Shown: positions 1 to 10,697 of the stretch, piece after piece
How positions within the stretch are numbered: the stretch's first letter is position 1
How the letters are laid out: every line of letters begins with the position of its first letter
From: an uncultured cyanobacterium
GTDB lineage: Bacteria > Cyanobacteriota > Cyanobacteriia > Cyanobacteriales > Nostocaceae
Assembly: GCA_963706595.1 (NCBI GenBank)
Contig: OY970166.1
Span: 1,888,001-1,952,000 of the forward strand
Length of the DNA: 64,000 nucleotides
Reading direction: 5' to 3'
Notes under the pieces: generated by a model
The model's input: the letters and a program-made list of their open reading frames with translations, nothing else
What the model was told of the DNA's origin: nothing
The model's database searches: none
Position numbers and translations under genes: made by a program

Positions 1-379
1 CTACTGCATGAAAAAAGAACTTCAACCCAGCACAATGAAGTCGGGAATTGAATATATGATGTGGCTGGCGGACTGGTATAAAGAAAATTCTGCTGGTAGA
101 GGGATAGGATTTTTCCAAATTGGTGGGGGAATTGCGGGAGATTTCCCCATTTGCGTTGTCCCGATGCTTTATCAAGATTTGGAAATGACTGATATTCCAT
201 TCTGGTCTTATTTCTGCCAAATTTCCGATTCCACTACCAGTTATGGTTCTTATTCTGGAGCAGTACCCAATGAGAAAATCACTTGGGGTAAGTTAGATAA
301 AAACACACCACGTTTTGTTGTAGAGTCTGATGCCAGTATAGTTGCTCCTTTAATGTTTGCCTATATTTTGGAACAATGA
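1..379 (+). CDS. Deoxyhypusine synthase-like (homospermidine synthase-type) protein, C-terminal part; gene begins upstream of the window
   Basis: FQIGGGIAGDF, SYGSYSGAVPNEKITWGK (catalytic Lys motif) and VESDASIVAPL motifs; frame is open to the window edge. Confidence 0.8.
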   Translation, partial: YCMKKELQPSTMKSGIEYMMWLADWYKENSAGRGIGFFQIGGGIAGDFPICVVPMLYQDLEMTDIPFWSYFCQISDSTTSYGSYSGAVPNEKITWGKLDKNTPRFVVESDASIVAPLMFAYILEQ

Positions 380-639
380 TTTAGAAATTACGCACTGTAC
401 AAATTTCTTATTTGGTAAATTAACGAAAATGGGTGATTTCAGGCTTTGATCAATTATCCCTTGATGGTTTAATGCCTGAAATCCATACCCCCTATTTGTT
501 TCTTGGATCTGGAGGGAAGAAAAGTGGGAATATATAGTTAAGTCCCATTCAAGTGAGGTACAAGCAGTAATAATTAAACGCAGATGGACGCAGATAAACG
601 CAGATAATTGTGTACTTTATTAGATTAATAAATGCTATA

Positions 640-741
640 TATAGCAGTCCTAAATCATTTCTGAACCTCTTGACTTCTTCACTTGGCGACCTTGGCGGCT
701 TGGCGGTTCGATAAATTCAGAAATCAAATAGGAGTCCTATA
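640..741. mobile_element. 102-bp MITE-like element with imperfect TATAG..TCC.A terminal inverted repeats; inverted near-identical copy at 49634-49735
   Basis: Ends TATAGCAGTCCTAAATCATT / AATCAAATAGGAGTCCTATA; internal CTTGGCG repeats; reverse complement seen at 49634-49735 and a partial copy at about 36864-36914. Confidence 0.7.
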
Positions 742-763
742 GTTAATTTCCAAGATAATATTC

Positions 764-991
764 ATGCCCAGAAAAATTAGAGAGTTGAAAGCTCAGATTG
801 CGCTTCAAGGATTCATATACTTACCCAAGCGTGGCAAGGGCAGCCATGAGCGTTGGCGACATCCTCTGCTGAGAAAAACACTGACAATCCCCGGCAAGGA
901 TGGAGATGATGTCCCACTCTACCTAGAAAAACAACTAGACAAATTACTCACTGAACTAGAAATGTTAAAAGAGGAGGACGAAAATTCATGA
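764..991 (+). CDS. hicA: HicA family toxin (mRNA interferase)
   Basis: 75 aa, RGKGSHERWRHP motif, overlaps the hicB start (ATGA). Confidence 0.9.
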   Translation: MPRKIRELKAQIALQGFIYLPKRGKGSHERWRHPLLRKTLTIPGKDGDDVPLYLEKQLDKLLTELEMLKEEDENS

Positions 992-1206
992 GTCGATATA
1001 GCATGATTATTCAATGGTCTGATGAAGATCAGCTTTTTCTGGTGACAATTCCAGAGTTTTCTGATTTAGTTGTGATGCCTTGTACTCACGGAAAAACTCG
1101 TGAAGAAGCAATTCACAACGGTGAAGAAGTTATTGAAATGTACTTAGAAGCTTGGCAAGCAGAAGGTGAGCCTATCCCTGAACCCATAACGCTTCAAGTT
1201 GCCTGA
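988..1206 (+). CDS. hicB: HicB family antitoxin (short form, no DNA-binding domain)
   Basis: YSMIIQWSDED..VTIPEF..THGKTREEAIHNGEE motif. Confidence 0.9.
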   Translation: MSRYSMIIQWSDEDQLFLVTIPEFSDLVVMPCTHGKTREEAIHNGEEVIEMYLEAWQAEGEPIPEPITLQVA

Positions 1207-1274
1207 TAATCTTCAGTAAGTGGGTGAATTGCAATTGATGTTCCACTACAAGCAATTATCTAGAGAAGTGACAA

Positions 1275-1739
1275 ATGATTATTAATCATGAAAATGTCCC
1301 CAGTCGGACAACTTCAACTTACCCCGATAAATTTAAACCTATGGTGTTCGGGAGAGTCAAACAGGCGTTAGGAAATGCGGCCGGATTGCAGAATTTTGGT
1401 GTAAATTTAGTTACTCTAGCACCGGGAAGTTGTTCTGCTTTGCGACATTGGCACACCCAACAAGACGAGTTTATTTACATTATAGAAGGTGAAGTGACCC
1501 TAGTTACTAACGCCGGAGCGCAAATTCTCACACCGGGAATGATGGCAGGTTTTCCAGCAGGTGAGGAAGATGGACATCAATTAGTAAATCGCTCCAATGT
1601 AGAGGTCGTTTATTTAGAAATAGGCGATCGCACTCCAGACGATGAGGTTTACTATCCAGACAATGACTTAATTGCTAAACGCGGTGCTGATGGACAGAGC
1701 ATATTCACACACAAAGACGGTACTTTATATGAAAATTAA
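1275..1739 (+). CDS. Cupin domain protein
   Basis: HWHTQQDEFIYIIEGE and GHQLVN cupin motifs. Confidence 0.85.
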   Translation: MIINHENVPSRTTSTYPDKFKPMVFGRVKQALGNAAGLQNFGVNLVTLAPGSCSALRHWHTQQDEFIYIIEGEVTLVTNAGAQILTPGMMAGFPAGEEDGHQLVNRSNVEVVYLEIGDRTPDDEVYYPDNDLIAKRGADGQSIFTHKDGTLYEN

Positions 1740-1790
1740 CAATGATCAGCCATCAAAGTTTGAGACTGATCACTGTTAACTGTTAACTGA

Positions 1791-2993
1791 TTATGCTTCG
1801 TCTAAAGCGGCAATTCCAGGTAAGGTTTTACCTTCTAGCAACTCTAAACTAGCACCACCACCAGTGGAGATGTGGCTCATTTGGTCAGCTAAACCAACCT
1901 TTTCCACAGCCGCCACTGAGTCACCACCACCAATGATCGTGGTTGTACCAGTTTTACTAATTTCCGCCAGAGTATGCGCGATCGCCTCTGTACCTGCGGC
2001 AAATTTATCAAACTCAAACACACCCATTGGGCCGTTCCAAATCACGGTTTTACAATCAGCCAAAGCTTCTTGGAACACTTTAATCGAATCGGGTCCAATA
2101 TCTAAACCCATGCCATCAGCAGGAATATTGTCAATGCTGACAGTAGTAGCATTGGCATCGGGAGCAAACTTATCGGCTGAAACGATATCCGTAGGAAGCA
2201 GTAAAGCCACGCCACGTTCCTTGGCCTTAGCTTCCAAAGTCTTGGCTAGTTCTAGTTTGTCTTCTTCCACCAAAGACTTACCAACACTCAAACCACGGGC
2301 TTTGTAGAATGTAAAAATCATCCCACCACCAATGATCAGCTTGTCGCACTTCTCTAGCAAAGTTTCAATTACACCAATTTTGCTGGAAACTTTGGAACCG
2401 CCAATAATCGCTACCAAAGGACGTTGGGGACTTTCAATCGCGCTTTGCAGATACTGCAATTCCTTCTCGATCAAATATCCACCTACGGAAGGACTCAAAT
2501 AATGAGTTACACCTTCAGTAGAAGCGTGGGCGCGGTGTGCAGTCCCAAAAGCATCATTGACATAAAAATCAGCATTGGCTGCCAGTTTCTTGGCAAATTC
2601 TGGGTCGTTTTTCTCTTCTTCTTTGTAAAAACGGACATTTTCTAACAGCAGAACTTGTCCATTTTGTAAAGCCCCAACTTGGGCAGCAACTGCATCGCCG
2701 ATGCAATCATCAGTTTTGACAACTTCTTGACCAAGCAATTCTGAGAGACGTTTAGCAACGGGGGTCAAACGCAACTTATCATCTACACCCTTGGGACGAC
2801 CAAAATGGCTAGCTAAAATTACTTTAGCTCCTTTTTGCATCAAATCTTTGATGGTGGGCAGTGCAGCGCGAATGCGAGTATCGTCTGTGATGTTTCCTTT
2901 GTCATCCAGAGGCACGTTAAAGTCAACTCGGACTAAGGCACGTTTACCGGAGATATCAGCAGCAGACAAATTTGCTAAAGTTTTTTTGGACAT
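1791..2993 (-). CDS. pgk: Phosphoglycerate kinase
   Basis: [48 protein letters not shown]. Confidence 0.99.
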   Translation of the reverse strand: MSKKTLANLSAADISGKRALVRVDFNVPLDDKGNITDDTRIRAALPTIKDLMQKGAKVILASHFGRPKGVDDKLRLTPVAKRLSELLGQEVVKTDDCIGDAVAAQVGALQNGQVLLLENVRFYKEEEKNDPEFAKKLAANADFYVNDAFGTAHRAHASTEGVTHYLSPSVGGYLIEKELQYLQSAIESPQRPLVAIIGGSKVSSKIGVIETLLEKCDKLIIGGGMIFTFYKARGLSVGKSLVEEDKLELAKTLEAKAKERGVALLLPTDIVSADKFAPDANATTVSIDNIPADGMGLDIGPDSIKVFQEALADCKTVIWNGPMGVFEFDKFAAGTEAIAHTLAEISKTGTTTIIGGGDSVAAVEKVGLADQMSHISTGGGASLELLEGKTLPGIAALDEA

Positions 2994-3082
2994 AGATAGA
3001 CTCTCCTGATTGCCTTTTTGTTATTGTTTTGAAAGTAGAACCATCAAGATTTTACCGGAGTCAGGGGTGCTAGGAGAGAGAT

Positions 3083-3490
3083 ATGTTCAAAACAGTACTA
3101 TTTCCCATTGATCAAAGCCGAGAAGCACGGGAAGCTGCGGACGTTGTTACCAACGTTGTGCAAAAATATGGCAGTCGCTTAGTGCTGCTGTCTGTGGTGG
3201 AAGAACCACCCGCAGATGCACCAAGTCCAGATCCAATGGTGTCGTCAGAAGTTGTCTCCAAATTGCTGGAAAATGCCCAAGCCTTGTTTTCTGGGCAAGG
3301 AATTACCGCCGAGATTCTGGAAAGACAGGGTAAACCAGCCTTTACTATCTGTGATGTGGCTGATGACATTGGGGCAGATTTAATTATCATGGGCTGTAGA
3401 GGGTTAGGTTTGACTGAAGAGGGCGCAAGTGATAGTGTGACAACCCGTGTAATTAATCTTTCACCTTGTCCAGTGCTGATTGTGCCTTAA
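3083..3490 (+). CDS. Universal stress protein (UspA family)
   Basis: 135 aa, ADLIIMGCRG..SVTTRVINLSPCPVLIVP. Confidence 0.92.
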   Translation: MFKTVLFPIDQSREAREAADVVTNVVQKYGSRLVLLSVVEEPPADAPSPDPMVSSEVVSKLLENAQALFSGQGITAEILERQGKPAFTICDVADDIGADLIIMGCRGLGLTEEGASDSVTTRVINLSPCPVLIVP

Positions 3491-3636
3491 ATCAGTGAAC
3501 AGTCAACAGTCAACAGTTATCAGGCGGTAGGGGCTGGTTTACATATCCCTCTTGAGATGAATAAACCTGCCCTTATGGGGATTTCGACTCACCAGTAACG
3601 CTTACCAGCAATTGCTGTGGTGTTTCAGCAGGGATT

Positions 3637-3664
3637 TAACTGATAACTGATAACTGATAACTGA
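3637..3664. repeat. STRR-type heptamer tandem repeat (AACTGAT)
   Basis: About 4 copies visible; related AACAGTC repeats at about 3498-3518. Confidence 0.75.
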
Positions 3665-4148
3665 TTCGTAACATCCGTCCATCTTCACTGGTGACGCAGT
3701 TCGGTTATCCGGCTACTTGTAAGCAACTGAGGAGGGTGTTTTAGCGTCACTATAGATATAGTTAGTGAGGTGGAAGAAATTTATTTTTTTTAAACAAAAC
3801 GGTTTTACATTATAATTGTAAGATTTGTCTGAGATACTTTACTATCCGGTTGATTTGTCTTAATATAGAATAAGTGGAACTCATATCGACTTCATATTTT
3901 ACGGTTGCAGGTTGCGACTGAGGATAAAAAGAATTTTCGCAAATAACTAAGAGTGCTTCTAAGAGATTCAAAAATTTAGGGAAGGTAGAGGAACCTATAT
4001 CAGGGATGCATCTTCATCTTCCATAGGCGGTGTATGAATTGACTTCTTTTGGTAGCGCCCTATGTTCCGTGATATGTGTACTACCTTTCCAGACCAGATT
4101 TAGTTATTAAAGATCCGTCGTGTTTACGGAGTAGAGGACAACGCACCA

Positions 4149-5132
4149 ATGGCTATTGTTAACACCAAAACTGAAAACCACAATACCAAGTTCACGGCTG
4201 ATATGGTGAGAACCTATCTGCGGGAAATTGGTCGTGTACCACTGCTAACTCGAGATGAAGAGATTATTTTTGGGAAGCAGGTACAACAGATGATGACGCT
4301 TCTGGATGCTAAACAGGTTTTGGCAAAGGAGCTAGATCATGAACCAAGTTTACCAGAATGGGCTGCCCATGTTAACCTGCCGGAAGCAGAGGTGACACAG
4401 ACTGTGGCTCAAGGTAAACGAGCCAAGCAAAAGATGATTGAAGCGAACTTGCGCTTGGTGGTGGCGATCGCGAAGAAATACCAAAAGCGCAACATGGAGT
4501 TTTTGGATTTGATCCAGGAAGGAACTCTAGGTTTAGAACGGGGTGTTGAGAAGTTTGATCCCACCAGGGGTTATAAGTTTTCCACCTATGCTTACTGGTG
4601 GATTCGCCAAGCGATTACCCGCGCGATCGCACAACAAGGACGCACCATTCGTTTACCAATTCATATCACCGAAAAACTGAACAAAATCAAAAAAGTACAG
4701 CGAGAACTGGCGCAAAAATTTGGGCGATCGCCGACACCTACGGAAATTGCTCACGAGCTAGAACTAGAGCCGATGCAGATTCGCGAGTATCTCAACATGG
4801 CTCGTCAACCAGTTTCCTTGGATGTGAAAGTCGGCGATAACCAAGATACGGAATTGCAAGAAATGCTCGAAGATGAAGGTCCATCTCCAGAGTATTACAC
4901 CACCCAAGAATTTTTGCGTCAAGACCTGAATAACTTGTTGGCAGAACTCACTCCTCAACAACGTCAAGTCTTAGCTCTGCGCTTTGGTTTAGAAGATGGG
5001 AACGAAATGTCTTTAGCCAAAGTGGGTGAACGCTTAAATCTTAGCCGTGAGCGCGTCCGCCAGCTAGAACATCAGGCTCTTGCTCATTTGCGCCGTCGTC
5101 GCGCCAATGTTAAAGAGTACGTTGCTAGCTAA
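4149..5132 (+). CDS. sigB: Group 2 RpoD-like sigma factor (SigB-type)
   Basis: DMVRTYLREIGRVPLL, ANLRLVVAIAKKY, DLIQEGTLGL, KFSTYAYWWIRQAITRAI, region 4 SRERVRQLE; exact paralog name uncertain. Confidence 0.85.
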   Translation: MAIVNTKTENHNTKFTADMVRTYLREIGRVPLLTRDEEIIFGKQVQQMMTLLDAKQVLAKELDHEPSLPEWAAHVNLPEAEVTQTVAQGKRAKQKMIEANLRLVVAIAKKYQKRNMEFLDLIQEGTLGLERGVEKFDPTRGYKFSTYAYWWIRQAITRAIAQQGRTIRLPIHITEKLNKIKKVQRELAQKFGRSPTPTEIAHELELEPMQIREYLNMARQPVSLDVKVGDNQDTELQEMLEDEGPSPEYYTTQEFLRQDLNNLLAELTPQQRQVLALRFGLEDGNEMSLAKVGERLNLSRERVRQLEHQALAHLRRRRANVKEYVAS

Positions 5133-5154
5133 AAGCAGATCGCTTTCGGTGACG

Positions 5155-5184
5155 CGCCTCCTGAACTCAGGGGGCGATTTTTTA
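5155..5184 (+). terminator. Putative intrinsic terminator after the sigma factor gene
   Basis: CGCCTCCTGA-act-CAGGGGGCG stem followed by a T tract. Confidence 0.55.
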
Positions 5185-5213
5185 TGGAATTTCCCCAAAA
5201 TATCGGCACTCAA

Positions 5214-5299
5214 TACCTTTCGGTTAAGGGATGTAGAGACGTTCCATGGAACGTCTCTACAAGGGTTTTCGGCTCACGAATTTGCTTAACCGAACAGTA
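5214..5299. repeat. Short TIR element carrying the 30-bp palindrome TGTAGAGACGTTCCATGGAACGTCTCTACA (GTAG REP-like)
   Basis: Ends TACCTTTCGGTTAAG / CTTAACCGAACAGTA; palindrome at 5232-5261. Confidence 0.65.
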
Positions 5300-5421
5300 A
5301 ACCAGCTAATACATGGGGATAGAGCAAATCTCAAGCCAGATAATTAACATAAATTCATTAAGCCAATTACCGACAAATGTTAGTATATATAATCATGTCT
5401 GGAATTTTTGGCAACTAGTCT

Positions 5422-6660
5422 ATGCAGTTGGTCGAACGGCATATAATTCAACGAAATCATCCCCACTATCAAGAGATTGATCAGTTATGTTTTGCTGCTA
5501 AAAACCTCTACAATTATGCTAACTTCCACATCCGCCAAAGTTTTATCCTGACTCAAAAATATCTAGACTACAATCGTTTAGCTAAACAATTAAAATCTAC
5601 AGAACCATATCAAGCTTTACCCGCCAAAGTCGCCCAACAAGTATTATTAGGATTACATCGCAACTGGTTAAGCTTTTTTGCAGCAATTCAAGTATATACA
5701 GCAGATAAAAGCAAGTTTTTAGGCAGACCAAAATTACCCAAATATAAACACAAAGACAAGGGCAGACATTTATTAGTTTACACAGCCCAGTCTGTGAGTA
5801 AACCCAAAATGAAAGCTGGTGTAATTCATCTGTCAAAAACACAAATTGATATTCCAACAAAAGTAGAGTATGTACATCTAAATCAGGTGAGAATTGTCCC
5901 AAAACTTGACCATTATGTGCTAGAAGCTGTGTATGAAAAAGAGGAATTAGATCATGATTTAGACTCTAATGCTATAGCCGCGATTGATTTAGGCATAGAT
6001 AACCTAGCTACCTTAACATCTAACCAGCCTGGGTTTTTACCAGTTCTGGTTTCGGGGAGAATTATCAAATCCATTAATCGTTATTACAATCACAGAAAAG
6101 CTAAATTACAATCTTTACTACCAAGTCATCAAAAGACATCTAAACAACTGCAAAGTTTAACTAAAAAACGGAATTTTCGAGTTGATGATTATCTACATAA
6201 AGCCAGTCGGTTAGTTATTGACCATTTAGTGAAGCAGGGGGTTGGGACTTTAGTAATTGGTCAAAATCCCCTGTGGAAGCAAAATGCTAATTTGGGTAAA
6301 CGAAATAATCAAAACTTTGTTTGTATTCCGCATAATCGATTCGTACAGCAGTTGATTTATAAAGCGAAATTAGTGGGGATAAAGGTATTGGTTTCTGAGG
6401 AGTCTTACACCAGTGTGGCTTCTTTTTTAGACCAAGATATTATTCCTACCTATGGAAAAGCTGATGCGAAAGAAGTTAAATTTAGTGGCCGAAGAATCAG
6501 AACTAAGCTTTATAAAGCAGGTAATGGTAAACTGATTCACGCTGATGTCAATGGTAGTTTGAATATCTTACGTAAAGTAGTCCCGACAGCATTTAGTCTA
6601 GGGATAGGGGGCGTTGTAGTTCGCCCTGTCGGGATTATTCCCGGCAAACAAATGGCATGA
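5422..6660 (+). mobile_element. tnpB: TnpB RNA-guided endonuclease (IS200/IS605/IS607 superfamily), no adjacent tnpA
   Basis: NLYN N-terminal motif, PKLPKYK, RuvC-I AIDLGIDNLA, SEESYTS, RuvC-III HADVNGSLNIL. Confidence 0.92.
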
Positions 6661-6785
6661 AATATTTGTCTATGCTTTTTGGAACTATAAATCAAACCTT
6701 TGAGGGAACCTTGAACAATAGGTATGTGGTTATGGTTTAAGTAAGCTGCGTAAATAACAGTTAATTTTTTGACAGGAGAAATCGG

Positions 6786-7586
6786 GTGCTTAACAACATT
6801 ACTAACTTCTTGGCTGCGCGTCAGTTGAGACTTCCCATTCTGGGCTTACTTCTGACACTGGGCGTTGTGAGTGAACAAACTAAACCAGTCTTGAGTAACC
6901 AAATACAGACAGCATCTGGGGCGATGGAAGTAGATGCTAATTTTGCCGAATCAAGTCATCAAGCGCCTATTGTATCTCGCCTCAGACAAATTCGAGAACA
7001 AAGGAATTTAATTCGGACAATTGTGACTGAGACTCAAAATAGAAAAAATTATCAACAGTCGCAACTTGACACTTCAAATACTGACAACAGTCAACTTCAA
7101 CAGCGTTATAGATTTGTATCTTCTGCCAAATTATTGAATAATATCAGAACCACACCTGAAGCTACCTCCCTATTTACTCGCACGCCGGGATCTACAAGAG
7201 TAAATTTCCCCACACAAGATGGGACTTATCTCTATGGCGAATCGCCACAAGCTCACCAGATTGGGCAAGCGTATATACTATTTGAGCAGCGTCAAGGTAA
7301 AATCACTGGGGCGTTGTATATGCCTCAATCGGAGTTTAGTTGTTTTCAAGGTGCTATGGAGCAATCGGGACAATTGGCGATGACAGTTACTAGTTCTCCT
7401 GGTGAAGTTGGTGTGAATCAAATAGCTACAGCTAATCAATTCCAAATACCTAACTACAGTGATGACCAGATGAGCAGTTATGCTTACTCTGTAGGACTGC
7501 AAGACTATCATCAGCTTAACTCTATCAGCGCTAACGACCAACGCATTTTGCAGATGTGTAAAGAAGTTTACAGTGACGCTAATTAA
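6786..7586 (+). CDS. Conserved cyanobacterial hypothetical protein, probably exported
   Basis: N-terminal hydrophobic segment; C-terminal DGTYLYGESP..YMPQSEFSCF domain. Confidence 0.65.
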   Translation: MLNNITNFLAARQLRLPILGLLLTLGVVSEQTKPVLSNQIQTASGAMEVDANFAESSHQAPIVSRLRQIREQRNLIRTIVTETQNRKNYQQSQLDTSNTDNSQLQQRYRFVSSAKLLNNIRTTPEATSLFTRTPGSTRVNFPTQDGTYLYGESPQAHQIGQAYILFEQRQGKITGALYMPQSEFSCFQGAMEQSGQLAMTVTSSPGEVGVNQIATANQFQIPNYSDDQMSSYAYSVGLQDYHQLNSISANDQRILQMCKEVYSDAN

Positions 7587-8274
7587 AACTCAATTCCTGG
7601 TTGCGCCTTCACACCTTGATCCCGGAAAGGATGTTTGATGAGAGTCATTTCGGTGACTAAATCTGCTCGTTCGATTAAAGCTGCTGGTGCGCCTCGCCCT
7701 GTGAGAATTACGTGCTTATTGGGTGGTTTTTGTGCCAAACCTGCTAAAACTTCGTCTATTTGTAAATAGGCCATTTTCAGGGCGATATTGATTTCATCCA
7801 ACAGGTACCTAGCTGGAAGTCTGGATTGCGGATATATTCTAAGGATTTTTCCCAAGCGGCGCTGGCTTTATCGAGGTCGCGATCGCGGTCTTGAGTTTCC
7901 CAGGTAAAGCCTTCGCCCATAGCGTGAAATTCGATCTGGTCTTCCCAAAAGCTGAAAACTTGTTTTTCTGATGGTTCCCAAGCACCTTTGATGAATTGGA
8001 CAATGGCTACTTTATAACCATGACCAAGCGATCGCAACACCATTCCCAAGGCCGCAGTAGTTTTACCCTTACCGTTACCAGTATTGACGATAATTAACCC
8101 TTTTTCCGGTACAGCCTGGGCTATCCGCCGATCCTGTACTTCTTTACGCCGCTGCATCTTTTTGCGGTACTGTTCATCAGTTAAGTCAGTTAGGGTTGAG
8201 GACATCACTTCGTCTATTAAGCGTTCAATTTCTCTATCTGAGTCTAACCCGAATGGTGTATCACTTTTCATCAA
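7583..8274 (-). CDS. cobO: Cob(I)alamin adenosyltransferase, split by a frameshift near 7800-7812 (probable sequencing error)
   Basis: VNTGNGKGKTTAALG, QFIKG, MGEGFTW in one frame; LLDEINIAL..LTGRGAP..ADLVTEM..KHPF..GIEF in the other. Confidence 0.9.
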
Positions 8275-8375
8275 CCTTACCTGAAAAATAACTGCTGCAA
8301 TCAGTAGAATATGGATTGTTCAAACGCACTGGGCGCAGAAGCGCACCAGAGTTAGTGTTGAGAATACGAGATTTA

Positions 8376-8488
8376 TGGCGTTGCTAAAACCAACTATGAA
8401 TTTAAATGTAGAGACGTTCAATGGAACGTCTCTACAATGGTTTTGACATGATCACAAAGCGTGTTCATACTTCAAATCAGCAACGCCA
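8376..8488. repeat. Short TIR element carrying the same GTAG palindrome
   Basis: Ends TGGCGTTGCT / AGCAACGCCA; palindrome at 8407-8436. Confidence 0.65.
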
Positions 8489-8959
8489 GATTTATTTAGG
8501 TAGTTTACTCAGGGCTTTTGATTGTCTTTCGCTTCTTAAACATACAAGAAAATTCATGGTTTCATAACTTGACTGTAACTAGAGGAATCCGATTTGCTAG
8601 CAAAAATTCGGGATGTGCAAAATTCCAAAATTATCGTTTTTGACCAATAACTTAGAAATGCGATGTTAACTTCCAATGATATGGCTTTGAGATCAGCAAA
8701 AATGTTGAATATCTACATTTTTGGCGAATTGTATTAACTGAATATTTGGAGATTGCTGGATTGAGAAGCCGAAGTTTTGACGGTGCGTTGCGCTACGCGA
8801 CAACACACCCTACATTAAAAGTTATTAATATAGCTTGAAATATTAGTGCCGACTTACTTACTAAAAGCCAGGGTTTTAAGAATATTTTTCTAGCATTCAT
8901 CAGGTCTGCTAAGGAAACTTCAATATTCCGGCGATGGGATTTCATAATTGTTGCAGACA

Positions 8960-9052
8960 TATAGGAATCCGATTTGATTATTGAAAAAATCTAAGTATAT
9001 GTAGGGTGTGTTATGGCTTTAGCCTAACGCACCGTCTTCTGGGTCTTGGTGC
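8960..9052. repeat. Truncated MITE-like repeat with a GTAG REP hairpin
   Basis: TATAGGAATCCGATTTGATT end and GTAGGGTGTGTTATGGCTTTAGCCTAACGCACC hairpin shared with 29924-30304 and 24540-24677. Confidence 0.65.
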
Positions 9053-9461
9053 CTGTACTCTCCTCGATCACACGCCCCAGTAAAATTACTATTGTGAAAT
9101 GAGTATAATTCTGGTTGGTTGTGGATAATGTATCCAGGATTATTCCCTACGGGTAATGTCAGAATTGCTTGAAATCTAGATAACATTAGATTCGGCGTGT
9201 TTATCATTCAGGAGAGTTATTCCTGATCATTCTTAGAGAAATTTTTGCCATAATTTTCTCAACATCCATTAATTACCTGAAAATTCCTGTACATCTCTTG
9301 TGGGGCGGGCATCTTGCCTGCCCTAATTATATAAATTACCAGAAAAGCTTCAGTATTTTAGTGAGAATTATGGTTTAATAGTTGCAAGTAATTCTTATTA
9401 AAATCAGCAATTGCTGACAATTAAGCACACCGTTGTCAAATTGCCAGCACCTAATCACCCT

Positions 9462-10442
9462 ATGACTCTTATCCTCTCCCAATCCGCTTACAATGAACTC
9501 GTCTATGAAAGTGAGGAGAATCAACCCACACCTGATACCTCTGATGAATTTGATGTAACTTATCAGTATCCAGTGAAACTTGGTAACGGTTACACTCGGT
9601 ATATCGATTTACGAACAGGATTAGATTTACATATTGGCAACTATCAATTGCATGATGAGATAATTACAAAATCCTCTGATAGAAAACATCAGATTGAGTA
9701 CACTTTCGACCTTTTAGGGATAAAGGCTGGAAGCTATGGCTTTTTTGGTAGCGGTTTAGCACCAGGGGAAAGTATAGAATGTTCACCAGTTCAACCGATC
9801 GCCTGGGTGAGTGTTCATGTAGAACCTGACTTATTTTGCCAATGGTTTGGCCATAAGGGAGAATTACCAGCAAATTTGCAACCATTAATCCGTAAATCAG
9901 ATCAAAAATATTATGAACGTTACGGTAAGACCACCTCTGCAATGCAAATGGCACTACAACAACTGTTAGGCTGTCCGTATCAGGGAAACACAAAGCGGGT
10001 GTATCTGGAAAGCAAAGTTTGGGAATTGATGGCGCTTCAGGTTGACCAATTCCTGGAAACTCAGACTGTGGAGACAACCAGCAAAATTTTAAATGCAGAA
10101 GACATTGAGCGGATTCATTACGCCAGTGAAATTTTATTGACGCGGTTAGATCAGCCACCTTCGTTGATGGAGTTGGCGCGGATGGTGGGAATTAATGACA
10201 ATAAATTGAAGGTGGGATTTAAGCAGGTGTTTGAGACAACAGTGTTTGGCTACCTGCATGATTGTCGCATGGAGCGATCGCGCCAAATGTTAGCAGCCGG
10301 TAGATTAACGGTAACTGAAGCCGCAAAAGCCGTAGGATTTGCCAACCGAGGTTATTTTGCTGCGTCATTCCGCCGTAAATTTGGCGTAAATCCGGGAATT
10401 TATCTCAACGCAAAACGACAAAAAATCAAAAACTCCGGCTAG
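9462..10442 (+). CDS. AraC family transcriptional regulator (PchR-like, siderophore-responsive)
   Basis: C-terminal PPSLMELAR..LKVGFKQVFETTVFGYL..GFANRGYFAASFRRKFG; directly upstream of a TonB receptor; start could be 9411. Confidence 0.92.
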   Translation: MTLILSQSAYNELVYESEENQPTPDTSDEFDVTYQYPVKLGNGYTRYIDLRTGLDLHIGNYQLHDEIITKSSDRKHQIEYTFDLLGIKAGSYGFFGSGLAPGESIECSPVQPIAWVSVHVEPDLFCQWFGHKGELPANLQPLIRKSDQKYYERYGKTTSAMQMALQQLLGCPYQGNTKRVYLESKVWELMALQVDQFLETQTVETTSKILNAEDIERIHYASEILLTRLDQPPSLMELARMVGINDNKLKVGFKQVFETTVFGYLHDCRMERSRQMLAAGRLTVTEAAKAVGFANRGYFAASFRRKFGVNPGIYLNAKRQKIKNSG

Positions 10443-10554
10443 CGATACCTCCGGTCAGCAAAGCTAACGCAAAAACTCCGTCTAGCGATACCTCCGGTCA
10501 GCAAAGCTAACGCAAAAACTCCGTCTAGCGATCGCAAAAACTCCGGCTAGTGAT
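10427..10554 (+). promoter_or_regulatory. Array of four CAAAAACTCCG(G/T)CTAG(C/T)GAT direct repeats (candidate AraC operator) with two 21-nt insertions
   Basis: Copies start at 10427, 10470, 10513 and 10535 (spacing 43, 43, 22). Confidence 0.6.
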
Positions 10555-10595
10555 CATAGTATTCACCCATACCTGATAAATTTCCTGTAATCTAC

Positions 10596-10614
10596 TTGAT
10601 AGTAATTATTAACT
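10596..10614 (+). promoter_or_regulatory. Possible Fur box upstream of the TonB receptor
   Basis: TTGATAGTAATTATTAA, an AT-rich imperfect inverted repeat in front of iron-uptake genes. Confidence 0.35.
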
Positions 10615-10697
10615 AATGGCATGGGTATAGGTTGGTACTGAGATTAATTTCCCAGTCCCTAAGTCCCCATTCCCTGATTTATGTGGTGAAGAGAGTG

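Noticed and set aside
4149..6660. Sigma factor next to TnpB as an RNA-guided transcription system
   Set aside because: The sigma factor is an ordinary group-2 RpoD paralog followed by a terminator and a repeat, and the TnpB retains catalytic acidic residues; chance insertion is more likely
9053..9280. 62-aa minus-strand ORF (9019-9207) or degraded gene divergent from AraC
   Set aside because: Runs into a repeat element and has no recognisable motif
10427..10554. Possible mini CRISPR array
   Set aside because: The intervening 21-mers are identical rather than unique spacers, and there are no cas genes
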